Below are positions 1 to 13,141 of a stretch of 64,000 nt of DNA, piece by piece. The number at the start of each line of letters is the position of its first letter. Within the stretch, counting starts at the first letter, position 1. Under the pieces are notes generated by a model. That model saw nothing but the letters and a program-made list of their open reading frames with translations, searched no databases and had not been told where the DNA came from. Source of the stretch: Macrostomum hystrix (Eukaryota > Animalia > Platyhelminthes); contig CATNEN010000038.1 of NCBI GenBank assembly GCA_950097015.1, forward strand, positions 32,984,001 through 33,048,000, in the 5' to 3' direction. A program made the position numbers and the translations under genes.

Positions 1-519
1 AACCTCATCAAAAGTGCACAGATTTGTTTAAACGCACATACATATTTACCCCTATCTATAGCATGCTCTCTTGTGATTTTCATGTTAATCTATACTTTTT
101 ATTCATACAACAAAAATATAATTTTATTTTATCATTCATTGGTTCTTACGCTTTATCTAACTTAATCGTTTGACGACGAACCAATTCAGGTCGGATAATA
201 AGAGTTTGTTTATTTAAGAATCGATAACGTTTTATTTTAGCAAGATCTCGAGTTCGAATCTGGGGCGAGGCCACGTTCATTGCAAACAACAAGTGTCGTT
301 TTGTAGTCCTTGTGGAAAAATTGTCTCGTTATGCAATACATTTAAGTTCCCATTGTTTTTATAGTTTGGCCATCTGTAGAATGCAAACCGCATCGAATTC
401 CCAGTCCATGGACAGAACTGCTGTACACTCAAAGCTAATAAATGTGTAATTTCTATCTATCTAGTTTATCTCGTACTATCAACTGTAAATGATAAAGCGA
501 TTCGATAATGGGAGCAAAA

Positions 520-826
520 AAATAATATATTACACCAGCCCCCATAGGGACAGATGTGCAGCCGACAGCACAGCCGCAGTTATCGCGCGGCGCATCTGAA
601 GGCTGCGTACGGCTGTTCAGTCCATGGACTGGGGGGACGCCACCCCAACCCTCAATTACTCCAGCTAATACTGGTACCCATTTAACAGCTTGGTTAAAGA
701 ACTGAAGCAATGCAGAGTTAAGTGTCTTGCTAAAGGACACAAATAGATCCAGTGGAGTCGGGAATCGAACCCCCGATTCGTGAGTCGTTGGTCCGACGCT
801 CTAACCGCTAGGCTACAACCCCTCCA
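520..826 (-). mobile_element. tRNA-derived SINE, family A (full-length copy)
   Basis: Minus strand begins GGAGGGGTTGTAGCCTAGCGGTTAGAGCG (A box) ... GGTTCGATTCC (B box). The body (GACACTTAACTCTGCATTGCTTCAG, GCTGTTAAATGGGTACCAG, CAGATGCGCCGCGC) is shared with copies at ~11961 and ~41045. AT-rich tail. Confidence 0.85.
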
Positions 827-841
827 ATGGAGGCAACCTAG

Positions 842-1570
842 CTACAAGACAGAGCACACTGTTCCTCTCAGAGCGGCCTGCATCCTAGCTGCTGTGCCTC
901 TGTTGATTGACTCGCGCAGTTCCATCATGCGGAATAGTTCGCGAAAGGCGTTCCACACGCGCCAGTTGTACCTGGCCGAGCATTCAGCATAGTTACACTT
1001 CCACTTCTTGCGGACAATGTAGCCCATGGAGGCTTTGTCGCTAAGGCCGGTGCCCGAGCTGCGCTGCGCCGAAGGATTATTGTCGAATACCAGGTCGGCT
1101 TTGTTGCCAAGCACAAGCAGCGGGGCAGACCATCCGCGCTCAAGCAGCTGAAAGCGCAGCTGATGCGCCTGTTGAAAGCTGGCTGGCTCGTTCAAATCAA
1201 ACATGAGCACAATGGCACTGGCTGTGGACAGACCGCAGCCCACGAGACAGCTCGAGAACTCCTCCAGTGAATTTCTTGGAAAATAATCAACTGGCGGACA
1301 ATCAACTAGGCGCGCGTTGAAGATGCGCTCGTTGACGAGGATCGTGTGATAATGCACAAATGGCCGCACTGTGGTCGCATAGGCCTCTGGGGCTGCATTG
1401 TCGAGAAACTGCCGCACAAGAGTGGTCTTGCCAACTCCGCGAGGTCCCAGTACCATGATGCTAATGGTTTGAACGGTTCGATCGACTGCTGCAGCAGCCG
1501 ATGGTACAGTCGCGGCTTCGGTCTGGTTTCCGCGAGTTGTGTAGTTTCCGAATTGCAGCGTTCGATGCAT
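842..1570 (-). CDS. RASL10: Ras-like family 10 small GTPase (RASL10A/B-like), intronless, 242 aa
   Basis: G1 GPRGVGKT, DCPP in place of DTAG (typical of RASL10), GNKAD, VRKKWKCNYAECSARYNW and C-terminal CAAX (CSVL); these match the RASL10 family as recalled. Confidence 0.85.
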   Translation of the reverse strand: MHRTLQFGNYTTRGNQTEAATVPSAAAAVDRTVQTISIMVLGPRGVGKTTLVRQFLDNAAPEAYATTVRPFVHYHTILVNERIFNARLVDCPPVDYFPRNSLEEFSSCLVGCGLSTASAIVLMFDLNEPASFQQAHQLRFQLLERGWSAPLLVLGNKADLVFDNNPSAQRSSGTGLSDKASMGYIVRKKWKCNYAECSARYNWRVWNAFRELFRMMELRESINRGTAARMQAALRGTVCSVL

Positions 1571-1764
1571 TTTTTAAGTTTCATTGCTATATTTTATTCG
1601 ATCATGAACGCTTAAGTACCTCTTAGCTTTTATGACCCCAGATACCGATCTAGTCAGCTAAAACTACGTGCGGCAATGAACTCAAAATAATGGCTTGAAT
1701 TAGAGTCCTCATTTTAAGTCTATAATTCGACCACAACCAATAGTATTTCACAATAAATTGGGAC

Positions 1765-1880
1765 GCAGCCACGGGGAGAAGGCTTGGCGGCTTGTCGCGC
1801 AATTTACGCCCTTGACGACCAACCTCCAAACCTCCAAAGCACAATGAACGTGTACACTGTCTGAAGATGAGAAAGTCGAA
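1765..1880 (+). mobile_element. SINE family B, internal fragment
   Basis: GAGAAGGCTTGG...GCAATTTACGCCCTTGA...CCAACCTCCAAAG...GATGAGAAAGTC matches the copies at 3210, 54351 and 55962. Confidence 0.7.
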
Positions 1881-2233
1881 AGCAATCTTCTGACATTAAC
1901 AAACACATGCACGCTTTTCTTTGCAAGTCCGATGCGACTATCAATGCGAGTGTTTTATTTACTCCAATAGCAGCATATGTTTTTTTCCTTTTTTTTCTTT
2001 CGTTCTTTTCGATATTTTGCTTCTCGAATTCGTTCTCTTTTGTCTCCCCACAGTTTCTGTTCGAAGGGTGAGAGATGTAGTGTGCGTACGCACGTGAGCC
2101 AGGCCCAGGTGTACACCTGGGTCGTTTGATTGGTTGCTGAGCGGGTGGGTGTCGCCACCCCAGTTCTAGCAAATAATATATTGACTGGGGCGCTCAGTGT
2201 GGCAGTAAAAATGAGAGTTTTGTCTGCACATTA

Positions 2234-3179
2234 TATATATATATATATAGACGCAAAAAGTTAGATAGCTTTTGCGCGCACGCGCTCGCAGAACAGTCGG
2301 GAGGGGCAGGCCATGGCGGACTGGGGATCAAGTCCGATAGCCTGCAAGTCAGCCAACAGAGTGGTAATTAGCGTCACAGTTCTTCCTTGGCCGCGGCGCA
2401 GCCGCTCGGTCGGTTGGTGCAGGAGGACCAGCGCAAGCGGGTTTCGCTCGCCGCGACCGTGGCTCCTCAGACAGTGGCCCAGCAGCATCTGGCGGCGCCG
2501 GCGCAGGGTGACGCTCAGGGCTGGGACGCCGGCGCGAACCATCAGGTCTCTGGACGGCAGCCTCTCCGGGTAGTGCACGCCCAGGGCGTGGCGCAGCAGG
2601 GACCTGTATATCGCGTCCAGGGCTTTCTCTCGCGTGGCGGTCATCGGCACTGCTTCCATGCCGTACAGAAGGATAGGCTCAACGGCAGCGCGGAAGAGGC
2701 GCACCTTCAGGCTGTCTCTTGCAGCAGAGTTGAAGACGTTCCTGAGAAGGTGCGCCGCACGCCAGGCCTGATTCCTTCTGTCGGAGACGATGGAGTCGGG
2801 ACTCATCACCAGGGAGCCGAGGTACCGAAAGTCCTCGCACACCGCGATGGCGTCTCCGTTGGGCAGATCTAGTGCCGGGGCGGTATCAGTGCCCACGTGC
2901 AGCACTTCTGTCTTCAGTGCGTTGATCATCAGTCCAACCCGAGCGCCCTCCTCGCAGAGTCTTAAGAGAGCGCGTTGGGCAGCAGCTGGATCGCGACAGA
3001 GGAGTGCGATGTCGTCGGCATACGCAAGAGCCGGCAGCGGGACTGCAGGGTGTCGGGAGCTTCGACGTGGGACTAGCACATAGCCGTCGTCATCATGGAG
3101 AGACCGGCGCAGCACGTAGTCCACGACCATGATGAAAAGCAGAGGAGCCAGTGTGTCGCCCTGAAGGACGCCAGAGCTT
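2234..3179 (-). mobile_element. 5'-truncated non-LTR retrotransposon (RTE-like), reverse transcriptase C-terminal part
   Basis: Open frame GVLQGDTLAPLLFIMVVDYVLR...LAYADDIALL...FRYLGS...LLYGMEA to the stop at 2261. (TA)n tail at ~2232-2248. 11-bp target-site duplication TCTGCACATTA at 2223-2233 and 3180-3190. Confidence 0.9.
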
Positions 3180-3209
3180 TCTGCACATTAAAAATAGCCT
3201 CGGCCTTAG

Positions 3210-3455
3210 TTACAGCCACGGGAAGAAGGCTTGGGGGCTTGTCATGCAATTTACGCCATTGAGGGCCAACCTTTAAACCTCCAAAGCGCAATGATTAACG
3301 TGTACACTGTCTGAAGATGAGAAAGTCAGGGCAGATGTAAACACCTGTGAGCGTGTGTGTCTTCGTATGATATCTGTGTGAGTGTGTGTGCTGCGGGTCT
3401 ACTGTCACTAAATAATGTGCCATTGCCCACAGCCCTCCTGCAATTATTATCATTA
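3210..3455 (+). mobile_element. SINE family B, 5'-truncated copy
   Basis: Same body as 54351-54675, ending GCCCACAGCCCTCCTGCA followed by an (ATT)n tail. Confidence 0.75.
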
Positions 3456-4820
3456 TTAGTATTTCCAGTCGATTTTATATTTATCGAATGTTAGTAATTT
3501 TATTATATTTATCAATTTATGTGACTCAAAGCAAGAGTTGTAAGTTAAAAGTGTCATTTTTAAAAGTAAAGTGTCAAAGTAAAAGTTCGATTTTTCCAAA
3601 TACAATCAGTACATAATGGTACGCTCGTATATTAAGGGTGCTGCAACATTATTGAATTTTTTTAGCATAGGAATGCATTTGTCACTGAATAATTGCACCA
3701 CACTGAATGACTAGACAGGATTGGTGCAACTGGCGGAAACCAAAGCTCTTCCACCTTGGCTTGCGTCCGAGCGGCGGTGGCGCAGTGTCCCAAAGGATGA
3801 AGGGTCTCTGACGCGTGATGCGGCGCTTACTCAGAACACCATCGCGCAGACGATAGAGCCGATGACATAATCGGAATCGACTGTCTGACCTTGTGGCAGC
3901 TGGTAATCGACCAGAAGCACACAAGGTGCGCCAAACCACAGTCATGCACATGTCACTTTGCGTCCAGGCCGACTTCATCGCCTTTTGTTGAGGGTGGCAG
4001 CCTCTGGGGCCCCAATGCATCGACTGCTGCTTTGTCTCGTTCATTGTGATGAGCAGCTCCTTGAATTTTGTATCGTCATTATCATTCCACAGCGCCCAGT
4101 TCTCCATTGAGTAATTCCCACCTCGAGCATATCTTTGAGTTCCTTGATGTTGCGGGTGACAGTCGAATTGTGAAAAAACAGGACAGCAGTCATTTTGTCT
4201 TGACCTGTGCTCGAGCGTGGGTCGCTTGATCGAAAAGCATAAGCAACACTTATGATCGCAGCGAGTCGATGATGCTCTAATTACTTGCGTGTGCGACTAA
4301 GGAGAATGAACAAATACAATTGGTGCACCTCATCAGGTCTGCGTCGCTGTCGTTGAGATGCCATGATAAAACGGCGCTGACTCTCCGGAGACCCAAGCTC
4401 CGAATGAATTTTGGTCGACTCATTTCGTCACTTTTGACTGAATTTCACATCGTGTCGCAACTCCTTAAAGACTAAACCAATTGCTTTATCTCTTACGTTG
4501 TGTGGTAGACTTGTATACGCGGAATTCAATGAAAAAACTATTCATAGCCAGGCGGAATAATTAGACATTTAGCCTAATTAAAATTATTTTTTACTTTGAG
4601 GAAGCCCTAGCACGGAAAATTTTGCCGCACCCCATTTGCAATACGTATTTAGATGTCGCCCAGATACTTAGTTTCTTATTATTATTATTTTATATATTAT
4701 TTATTATTTATTATTATTATTTGATAATATGCTTTTATTATGTATAATATTATAATTTCTTCATCATGATGATCATAATCACTATTGTAGAAATATATAT
4801 TTGATCCTCGTGCTGCTACA

Positions 4821-6757
4821 GGGTGCTGGTCATTTCGTCAACAGCCACTTCGTCAACTCGGTTGGGTCAACATCAAGGAACATTTAAGGGTGGTCTTACT
4901 GGCAGTTGACGATCGAAATGACCAAGGTTTGAGGCCGCCCTATTGGCCAGTTGATGAAACCTCACACTGTTATCGCCAGCCAGTTAACATTGCCAAAAAT
5001 TGTAAGACAATTAAAAGTGTAACGTTGTCTAGTTAACATCATGCGTGCACACAGATGCAAATTGATATTCATTGTAAGAGAACCAACATATGTGTGAGAG
5101 AGGGAGAAAGAGAGAGAGAGAGAATAAGGGAGTTGTGCGAAGAGTCACATTGCACGTTGTCATGTTTGGCAACATCGAACTTGTGGAACTAGAATCTCAC
5201 AAGCAGAGTACAGGCGGCTTATGCGGCAAGACTTGTTTGCATGGTCGTGTGCCACTTGTGTGACTGCGGCGGAGGGTCTCTTGGCAGAGTTATATGGCTG
5301 CTGATTCTGGTAAGTTTGCGTCTTCATGTCTTCATTACTTGTCTTGAATTGTCTTGAATATATTGTCTTTTGACTGCCCTTACGCCATCCGCCATCCTTT
5401 TGACATCCCTTCCATGAAACAGCTCATATAGCTGAGGATTCGATGGTGGCTGGAGGGCGGGTGTACACCGCCGCGCGATTAGATAAGTGTACACTCATCA
5501 CCCGGCCCCCCTGAGGACTGATTTCTTTTCAGCCTTCCGCTTGTTCGGAACAGGATTTTGTTCGCTTCGACCTCCGAGTTCAAGGGACAGGTAAGCGCCA
5601 TTTGCTTCTGTACACTGCCAATCAGCTTGAGCTGCTTGCCTCCCGCAGGATTTGGTTCCTGGACGGCACGTTCGATGTCGTCCATGCACCATTCAAGCAG
5701 TTGTACACAGTGCACTGCTGCATCCGGCAGGGTACAACTGCAGTGAAGCAGGTCGTCTTGGCCTACGCGTTGATGTCAGGTAGGTCTCTGTACGATTACA
5801 TAGCATCCTGGACTACGAAGCCGCAGCTTGGCAAGCTCTGCGAGTCGTCTTCCCGGCTGCCAGACTCAAGGGCTGCCTGTTCCACTATGCTCAGGCTATT
5901 TTCCGTCGTGTACAGCACCTGGTTCTATAGCGGCCCTATCTGGCAGATCCTGGTAACAGATAATGTCAATTTTGCTCTTAATATATCTTAAAATAGTAGA
6001 ATGCAAAAGATGACTCTCATATTTGAATGCCTTATGTAATGTCACAGGGATTTCATCAGGATGCTGATGGCCCTTCCGTACCTGCCGGCAGAGCACATGA
6101 GCGATGGGCTGGCCCAAGTCATTTCTGATGTGCAAACTCCGCTGCTACTAGACTTGGCAGAGTACGTCAGCAGCACGTGGCTGACCAATCCGGTACACAG
6201 TGCCGCCGAGATAAGCGTATACGGCCATGAGTCTATCCGGACCAACAATGAGGTGGAGGTGTGGCACAGGCGACTGAAGCAGCGGGCCGAGAGAGTGCAA
6301 CTGACCCTCCACTAGATGTATGCCCGCACCCACTTAATCTTTGTGACCTTTGTGATCTTTGTGATATATTTGTGATGACATTGCACCAGTATATTTACAC
6401 TACAGTATATTCGCATTAAAGGGACTGCATGGTTATGTGGTATAAACTGAATATACTAAATACACTAATTTATTCAGTTCGACCTATTTGAATTATATGA
6501 AAATCGTTTTAAGAAAGCATTCCTTGTCTATATTTGTTTGGGTTAGGCTATACAAGCCATACAAGTCACGGAATGGGTAATATTTTATTGGCAGTTGACG
6601 AAATGACCAAGGTTTGAGATGGCCCCATTGCCCAGTTGACGAAATGACCAAGGTTTGCGAGTATCCGATTGGCCAGTTGACGAAACAACCAATATGGGAA
6701 TCCAGTTGACGAAGTGACCAGTGGACGAAATGGCAGTTGACGAAATGACTAGGATCT
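4821..6757 (+). mobile_element. Decayed Mutator-like (MULE) DNA transposon
   Basis: Imperfect TIRs (..GTCATTTCGTCAAC at left, GTTGACGAAATGAC.. at right) with subterminal GTTGACGAAA repeats. Flanking direct repeat CTGCTACA(G) at 4813-4821 and 6758-6766. Internal MULE transposase remnants. Confidence 0.85.
5602..6315 (+). pseudogene. MULE transposase remnant (frameshifted/deleted)
   Basis: WFLDGTFDVVHAPFKQLYTVH; a shifted frame reading DYEAAAWQALRVVFPAARLKGCLFHYAQA; MLMALPYLP; IRTNNEVEVWHRRLK. These are MULE DDE-type motifs broken across frames. Confidence 0.8.
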
Positions 6758-9628
6758 CTGCTACAGAGCCTGTATCGTTTAAAATAAGGAGAAGACGAGT
6801 CTGGAACATGTCTTGAAATATGCTTTTAGAAAGATAAAAGTATAACACACAAAAATGCATTTTACAATTTGTTTTCATCTTAGTTAAGAAATGTAGTACT
6901 CAATATAAGTTAGGAAACATTTTTATTTCAGATCGCTTACGTCTTGTTGTATTTGTGTTCGACATCTAATAGGTTTCTTGTAAAGCTTTTTAAACTTACT
7001 TCAACGCAGATAAATGTACAATTACTTTAGTGTCCACCCACACTCAATGCCTACGTATAGGCCTATAGGAATTATGACTTTGTGGGTGCAAAAAATAATG
7101 ATGTGTAAATAAAGCAGTATATGAGGTAATTTTGCATTTTATGAGACAAGCAGGCCGAAAAAAACAAAAGCAAGTTCCAGTCGCCCACTTCCCTCCACTT
7201 CACCCCCACTGGTCCTTATCTTATGCCTTACTTGTCCAAGTGTCCAAAGCAACAAACAAGTTTTTGTTCTTGCACTTTTATAGGCCAAGCCATATAAGTA
7301 TTAATCTTTCAGTCTTTCTTTCATTGACTTTTCCTTAGGGCCTAGTCATAAAGTCGTAAAGAAAAGTCTTGACTCAACCAGTCAACCAAGGCCCGCCCTA
7401 CCTACTACTAATCATATTGTGTTGTGTTGCATATAGTTAATTTAGGCCTAGGCCCCTATAACTACTGGGTCTGGATCATATACTATCTGTCTATAGCTTG
7501 TATATATACAAATTTTCTATTCACTTTCAATACAAATTGTCTTACCTGGCTATAAGTCTAGGGCCAAGCTATTTAAAATATGAACCTTTTTTGCATTTCT
7601 TGTCAAGGTTTTTGAATTAGCTTCACATTTAGCTTGACATTAGGCTATTGGTTGAGACTTTATTTCCACATATTAATTATGGAAAACCATTTACATTGTA
7701 ATTTACTATTTCTAGGCCTTGTGGATTATTGCTTTTAGTTTTACAGATTGATATTACAAAGATATGAATGTTGGCCTAGCTATTTTACAACATTGCTAGG
7801 CATAAGCTGCACTTTTAGGCATAGTGCAAATGTCATCATATTCATTGGAATATTGTGCCAAGGTCAATTAAATATTAGGCCACCTATGATAGCTAGAGTA
7901 TTCAAGAATCAACATCACTAGCTATTGTTTGGCTTATTTGGCTTCACCTTATAACACTTTTTGACAGTAGACAAGACATATTAAAAGTAAAAAAGTGAGG
8001 CTAGGCCTAGTTTAGGGAAGTTTAGGAAATATTATATGTACATAATAGAATTTTTTAAGTGCTGATAAATGCATTAGCTAGTTATATAGATAATGTTCAA
8101 TAGTAATTATATACATTTTTTGCTATTTTGTGTAGAGTAAGTCAATGTTAAGTTAAGAAAAAATCTTTATAACTATCAATGTGGTGATATTCTGTTAGAC
8201 ATCTATATCTAGATATTTTATATTTTCTCTATAATTGAAAAACTGATAAAAAACTTTTCTTTCATTAAAAACGCTGACATAAGGCCAGTGTTATAGTAGG
8301 CCCCTATAATTGTCTTTTTAGGGCTAATGCATACTCTCTGAGACAAATGAAGCAGCCATTTAATTAGTTTTTCTAACCAGGACTCATTAAACTATTTCAA
8401 TATAGCTGGCTTGTTGTAAAGTAAATGAAGGTAAGTGTCCATTGGTAAAAATAATTGTATACAAAAGGGTACACAAGTTTGGTTAAAATGATATTACCTG
8501 TCCATATCAAATTAGTTGTCTGGTTTTTTGAGCACACTCAAAAGTTAAAGCTGATGGTTAGCACCCCATTGTGACCCAATTGTTAGTTGTTGTTGGGCTT
8601 TAGTGTGTATAGACTCTAACAAGCTAAGTGTGTTATCATTTAACTTATAGAATTGCATAGCCTAACCATTTTGTGTTATTTAGCATGAACAGGTGTACAT
8701 GTGTCATTTGTTTAGTCTTTCGTTTTTAGAAAATGTTATTAGAGTCAACAAAACAAAAAGATTTTTTCGAGTCAACAAAAAATTAGACATTTTAAATTTG
8801 TAAAATTTTTTGTACATAAATGACCGAATTGTTTATTATAAAGTAGAACTTGTTTTTTCATGCATAATAATATATTAATGATGTAACAGGGCTTATCACT
8901 CTACTTTTCTCTCTCTTGGTAGCGTATTCTTCTGGCCTCCTTTGTTACTTATTTCTCTCTCTAACTGTTTGTATTCTCCTTTAAATCTTATCTTGGTGAC
9001 CCTGAAAAGGGCCGTTTTAACTCCACAACTCTTACGTTGTGAGCTTCCCTTAGGGTAGCGCTTTTGCACTGGTACGAGTGGTTTATCCTTCTAAGGCACT
9101 AGGTCTCTTATTCTCTAGTCTCAGCTGGGCGTTTCTCCAGGATTAGAGGGTCACAGCCTCAACATCTGTCTTATCTCCACACTGGACAATATCTTCTTAA
9201 TATATTGAATGACACAACAATTTCACTTATTCAAAAGGTGGTACTCAGTTATTGCCTTTCTTTGGCTCACTGGCGAGGTATATTTCTAACAGCAAGATTT
9301 TCCTCATTTATATAGTGTTCTTAAAATTTGTTTTAATACAAAACTTTCCTATAATATAAAAAATATTTATAGTATATGGCATATAAAATATATAGCGCAA
9401 AAATATTGAACTGTTACAATGAGATATATTAATAAACTGAAAAATAATATCCAAAGTTAACTCCAAGATAAATTTTTGTTTGTTTTGTGCTTTACTTTTA
9501 TAAGCTTTTTTTGGTTTTCTTGTTTTAAATGTTTACTTAATGTTTGATTAATTCCTTTTACTAGTTCATTGGTATTCAAAATACAACTTAAAACACTTCC
9601 AGAGCAATACAAACAATAAAAACAAACC

Positions 9629-11458
9629 ATGATGGACTCAGATGGCTCAGATGTTGAAGCCAAGCGTAGACGCTACTTTGATGAACTCTACAATTGGTTA
9701 GCTAACAATCAACAGAAGTTTGCTAGTCACTTTAAATTCAATCAATTTATTATGTCGTCGGCAATGATGGGTAGTGGCTTGCTTAACCACACTGAGGCCT
9801 CCGCAGCAGCACTGGCTGATGCCCATCTGCAATCTCAGCTGCGACTTATCAAAGCTGCATCGCCGCCTCAGTCTGGACTTGCTGGCGGAAGTGACAGTAG
9901 GGGTTCGGTAAGATTTGGATTTTACTAATTACATGAAAATGTCACTCGGTTACTTATTGGATGACGAGGCATTTCGCTTTGTTACATAACGTATAGTTAC
10001 TCATGCTGTTTACCCTTTTCAAGGCACAGCAGCAGCAACCGCAGAATCAGCAGCAACAGCCGGAGCAGCTTCAGCTGCGGCAGCCCAGACGGGCCAATCC
10101 TCGCCAAGTGTACGGCGGTCGGCTAGGCATTGAAGGCTACCGATTCCGTGTGGCGCCAATTTGGAAGCGCGTCTGCGCCGAGTTAATCGACGGCCTACTA
10201 TTGCTAGTGCTGAAAATTGTTCTAATGATTGTTCTAGAACAGAGAATCGATTTTGTAGTGGATAGTTTATTACCAGTTGATAACCGACTATGGAAGGCTG
10301 AGCATTCGCAGCAGCAGCAGCAGCAGCAGCGTAGATTTGCTGAATTCGGTCGCAGATTCGGTGTCAACAATCACCAATTCCAGCATCAGCAGCAGCAGCA
10401 GCAGCAAAATGTTGAATTCGACTTTGCTGGCCTTAGGTTTAGCATGGCTGACCTCCTGTCACCCAGGTTGATCCTGTTGGACCTCATGGTCCGCCTGCTG
10501 GTGCTGCTGCTGGAGACTTTGGCTCTGTGCGGCTGCTTCGGCCTGTTTCGAGCCGGTCAGACGCCTGGGAAATGGCTGCTCAACTTGCAAGTGAGAGCAT
10601 TGATTGCTTTGCTTCTTATTATCATAACTGTCAACTTTATTCTCTCGGGGCTCGAACACTCGACCTCTCAGTTGGTAGTCTGACCACTGGGCTAACACTT
10701 CCTTTGAATCAAACTGCGATTGAATATCCCGACCCGAGTGTTATCCTATGTTTTCACTGTTGCATGTTTATTATCTTTAATTTTCCCCAATATTAAATTA
10801 TCCCAAATCTTCAATTATCCCTTACCTTCAATTATCCCAAATATTCACTTATCTCAGTCTTTAATTATCCCTAACCTTCAATTATCCCAAATATTCATTT
10901 ATCTTAATCTTTAATTATCTCGAATTAAAGATATACATCTATATCGTTAATTATCTTAAATCATCCCAAAAATTAAAATTTTCCAAAGTATTAATTTATC
11001 CCAAATATTAAACTATCCCAAATGTTAAATTATCCCAAATATTAAATTATCCCAAATACTAATTTCTCCCAAAAATTAAAACTATACCGAAAATTAAATT
11101 ATCACAAATATTAAATTATCCAAAATCTTATATTATCCCAAATCTCCACTTAGTATAGAAAAACCGAAATTACCAATTCCTAACTTTATATTCCAACCAA
11201 TCGCCTCATTCTCCCACTCAGGTAGTGCAAGCCAGCGATGTGATCGACCTGCCCGATCAGATCATCGAAGTCTTGCCAGCCAGTCCGCTCAGCTTCAGTC
11301 GCGCTCTGGCTCGGAGCGCCATCAAGAATCTGGCAATCATGTTCTTCTTCCCTGTCTGGGCAACGGCTTTCGTATTTAGTAATCATCGGACTAGCTATGA
11401 TATCATAACATCGACGATTGTGGTTGAAAATCTACCACCTGAAGTCGAACAGGGATAA
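9629..11458 (+). CDS. FAM8A1: FAM8A1-like RDD-domain membrane protein; exons 9629-9907, 10024-10590, 11222-11458 (~360 aa)
   Basis: APIWKRVCAELIDGLLL, GQTPGKWLLNLQVV, RSAIKNLAIMFFFP and NHRTSYDIITSTIVVE match FAM8A1/RDD. Both introns are GT-AG, phase 0. Confidence 0.85.
10780..11145. repeat. Degenerate ~19-nt minisatellite (TTAAATTATCCCAAATA) in FAM8A1 intron 2
   Basis: Recurring AATTATCCCAAA units are visible. Confidence 0.7.
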
Positions 11459-11960
11459 AAAACGAATGGGCCAATTTAATGTGCCTGTTTTATCACGTGT
11501 TTTTGTATGATGGTGGTCTGATTTTTCTGAATTGAAATTTTTTTTATTACTTTCTGGTTAGTTTTGAGTTCTGAAATTCAAAGAAATCAATTTATTCATA
11601 GGTACTAAAATTCAAGGAAATCAGTAATTCCTTCTTGGAAAAAATAGAAAACAATAATGGGTTTTTATAAATCTAAAAATTAAAAGCCGATAAATTGTAA
11701 GAAATCGAGGAATCCCTGATTTTAAGAATTAAAAGTAATATGCGTATTCAAAATTACGGGATTTCTAAGAAATCAAAACATTCAAAATTCCGAGATTTCT
11801 AAGAAATAAAAACGTTCAAAATTACGGGACTTCTAAAAAATCAAAACATTCAAAATTCCGAGATTTCTAAGAAATCAAAAATAAAAAATTACAAGATTTC
11901 TAAGAATTCAATGAAATTGTAATCGATTTAATTATAGGAAATAATTTTTTTTCATAGTTA

Positions 11961-12265
11961 TGGATGTTGCTGCCTAGTGGTTATAGCGTCTGGCTCATGA
12001 CTTGAAGGTTATGGGTTCGAATCTTGACTCCACTGTAACAATGTGTTTTCTGTAGAGAGACACTTAAACTCTGCATTGCTTCAGTTCATCCAGCTGTTAA
12101 ATGGGTACCAGCATCAGCTGGGGTAATTGGGGATGTCTGGCGCCCTCCCCCTCAGTCCGTGGACTGAACAGTCGTACGTAGCCTTCAGATGCGCCGCGCG
12201 ATAACTGCGGCTGTGCTGTCGGCTGCACAACTGGCCCAATTGGGGCAGGTGTAATATAATATTCT
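11961..12265 (+). mobile_element. tRNA-derived SINE, family A
   Basis: TGCCTAGTGGTTATAGCG (A box), GGTTCGAATC (B box), and the same body as 520-826. Confidence 0.85.
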
Positions 12266-13141
12266 TATTAATCTTATTAATATTCTTATTAATCGTTTAT
12301 TGAGAACTCTGAGAATTTCTAAATTTCTAATCTTATTAGAATTTCTATTCTAATCTTATAATTTGTAAGATTATATGTGACTCTAGTAATGGTTACAATA
12401 TGTGTGTGGTAGAATTCTTTTTAATAACTTTAATTTGTCCTTGTGTAATACTGACAACCAGGTGATGGTGTTTTGTAATTAGTTTTGTGCTGGCTCTGAT
12501 AATTTTTCTAAATATATTAAATAGTTAGCATGGTGTAATATTACACAATTGAAAATTATTGTCTAAAACCAAGGTTACCTTAAAAAACCTTTTTAAGGAA
12601 TTGATTCTGTAAAAAAACGAGATAAAAAAGCTTTCAAAATTTCATTTCTATTCATGTTGTTGTCGTGATTTCTACCGAGTCAATTTTATAGATGATTATT
12701 ATTGAAGCGCAAGCTGTTTTTTCAACACTTCTCTTTGTTTCAAGAATGCTTATTCTTAGGCCTATCTTGCTTTAGCGACATAACTCCTTGGTAACATCGG
12801 CACATTATATTTGTAATTTTATTTCGCTCAGATATAGCTGCGTGTGTACACGTCAACAACAAGACGTCACGTCATCAACTGGCGCTTTTTTTATCGTTAA
12901 TTTATTTAAATAATTTTTGGGTTCTAGTTTGTATTTCAGATTTCTTATTTGGGATTCTAGGGTGTCTTATAAATATTTATATTGGTAATTTAGTTTGCGA
13001 TTTTTTTCAGATTTGAATGGAGTGTAGCTTGATTTATTGCGGTAAATTCTAGTATAGGCATTTTAATATTCAATATTCTCTACTGTTAGTAGCGCTGTGC
13101 GAAAGTACGAGTTTATGAATGCGATTTTTTTCATTCCACAG

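Noticed and set aside
750-826. tRNA gene candidates (also ~11961-12032 and ~55890-55962)
   Set aside because: They are SINE heads: each continues into a shared repeat body and tail, and the cloverleaf is imperfect.
1855-1900. Hammerhead-like CTGAAGA-TGAGAAAGTC-GAAA
   Set aside because: No convincing stem I/III or NUH site, and the other SINE-B copies lack GAAA at this position.
3682-4500. 141-aa ORF and GC-richer segment, possibly an old transposon remnant
   Set aside because: No recognisable domain, termini or TSD by eye; it needs a translated search against TE databases.
8882-9200. Possible solo-LTR fragment (starts TGTAACA, flanked by similar TAATATATT(G)AATGA)
   Set aside because: No second terminus, PBS, PPT or second copy in the window.
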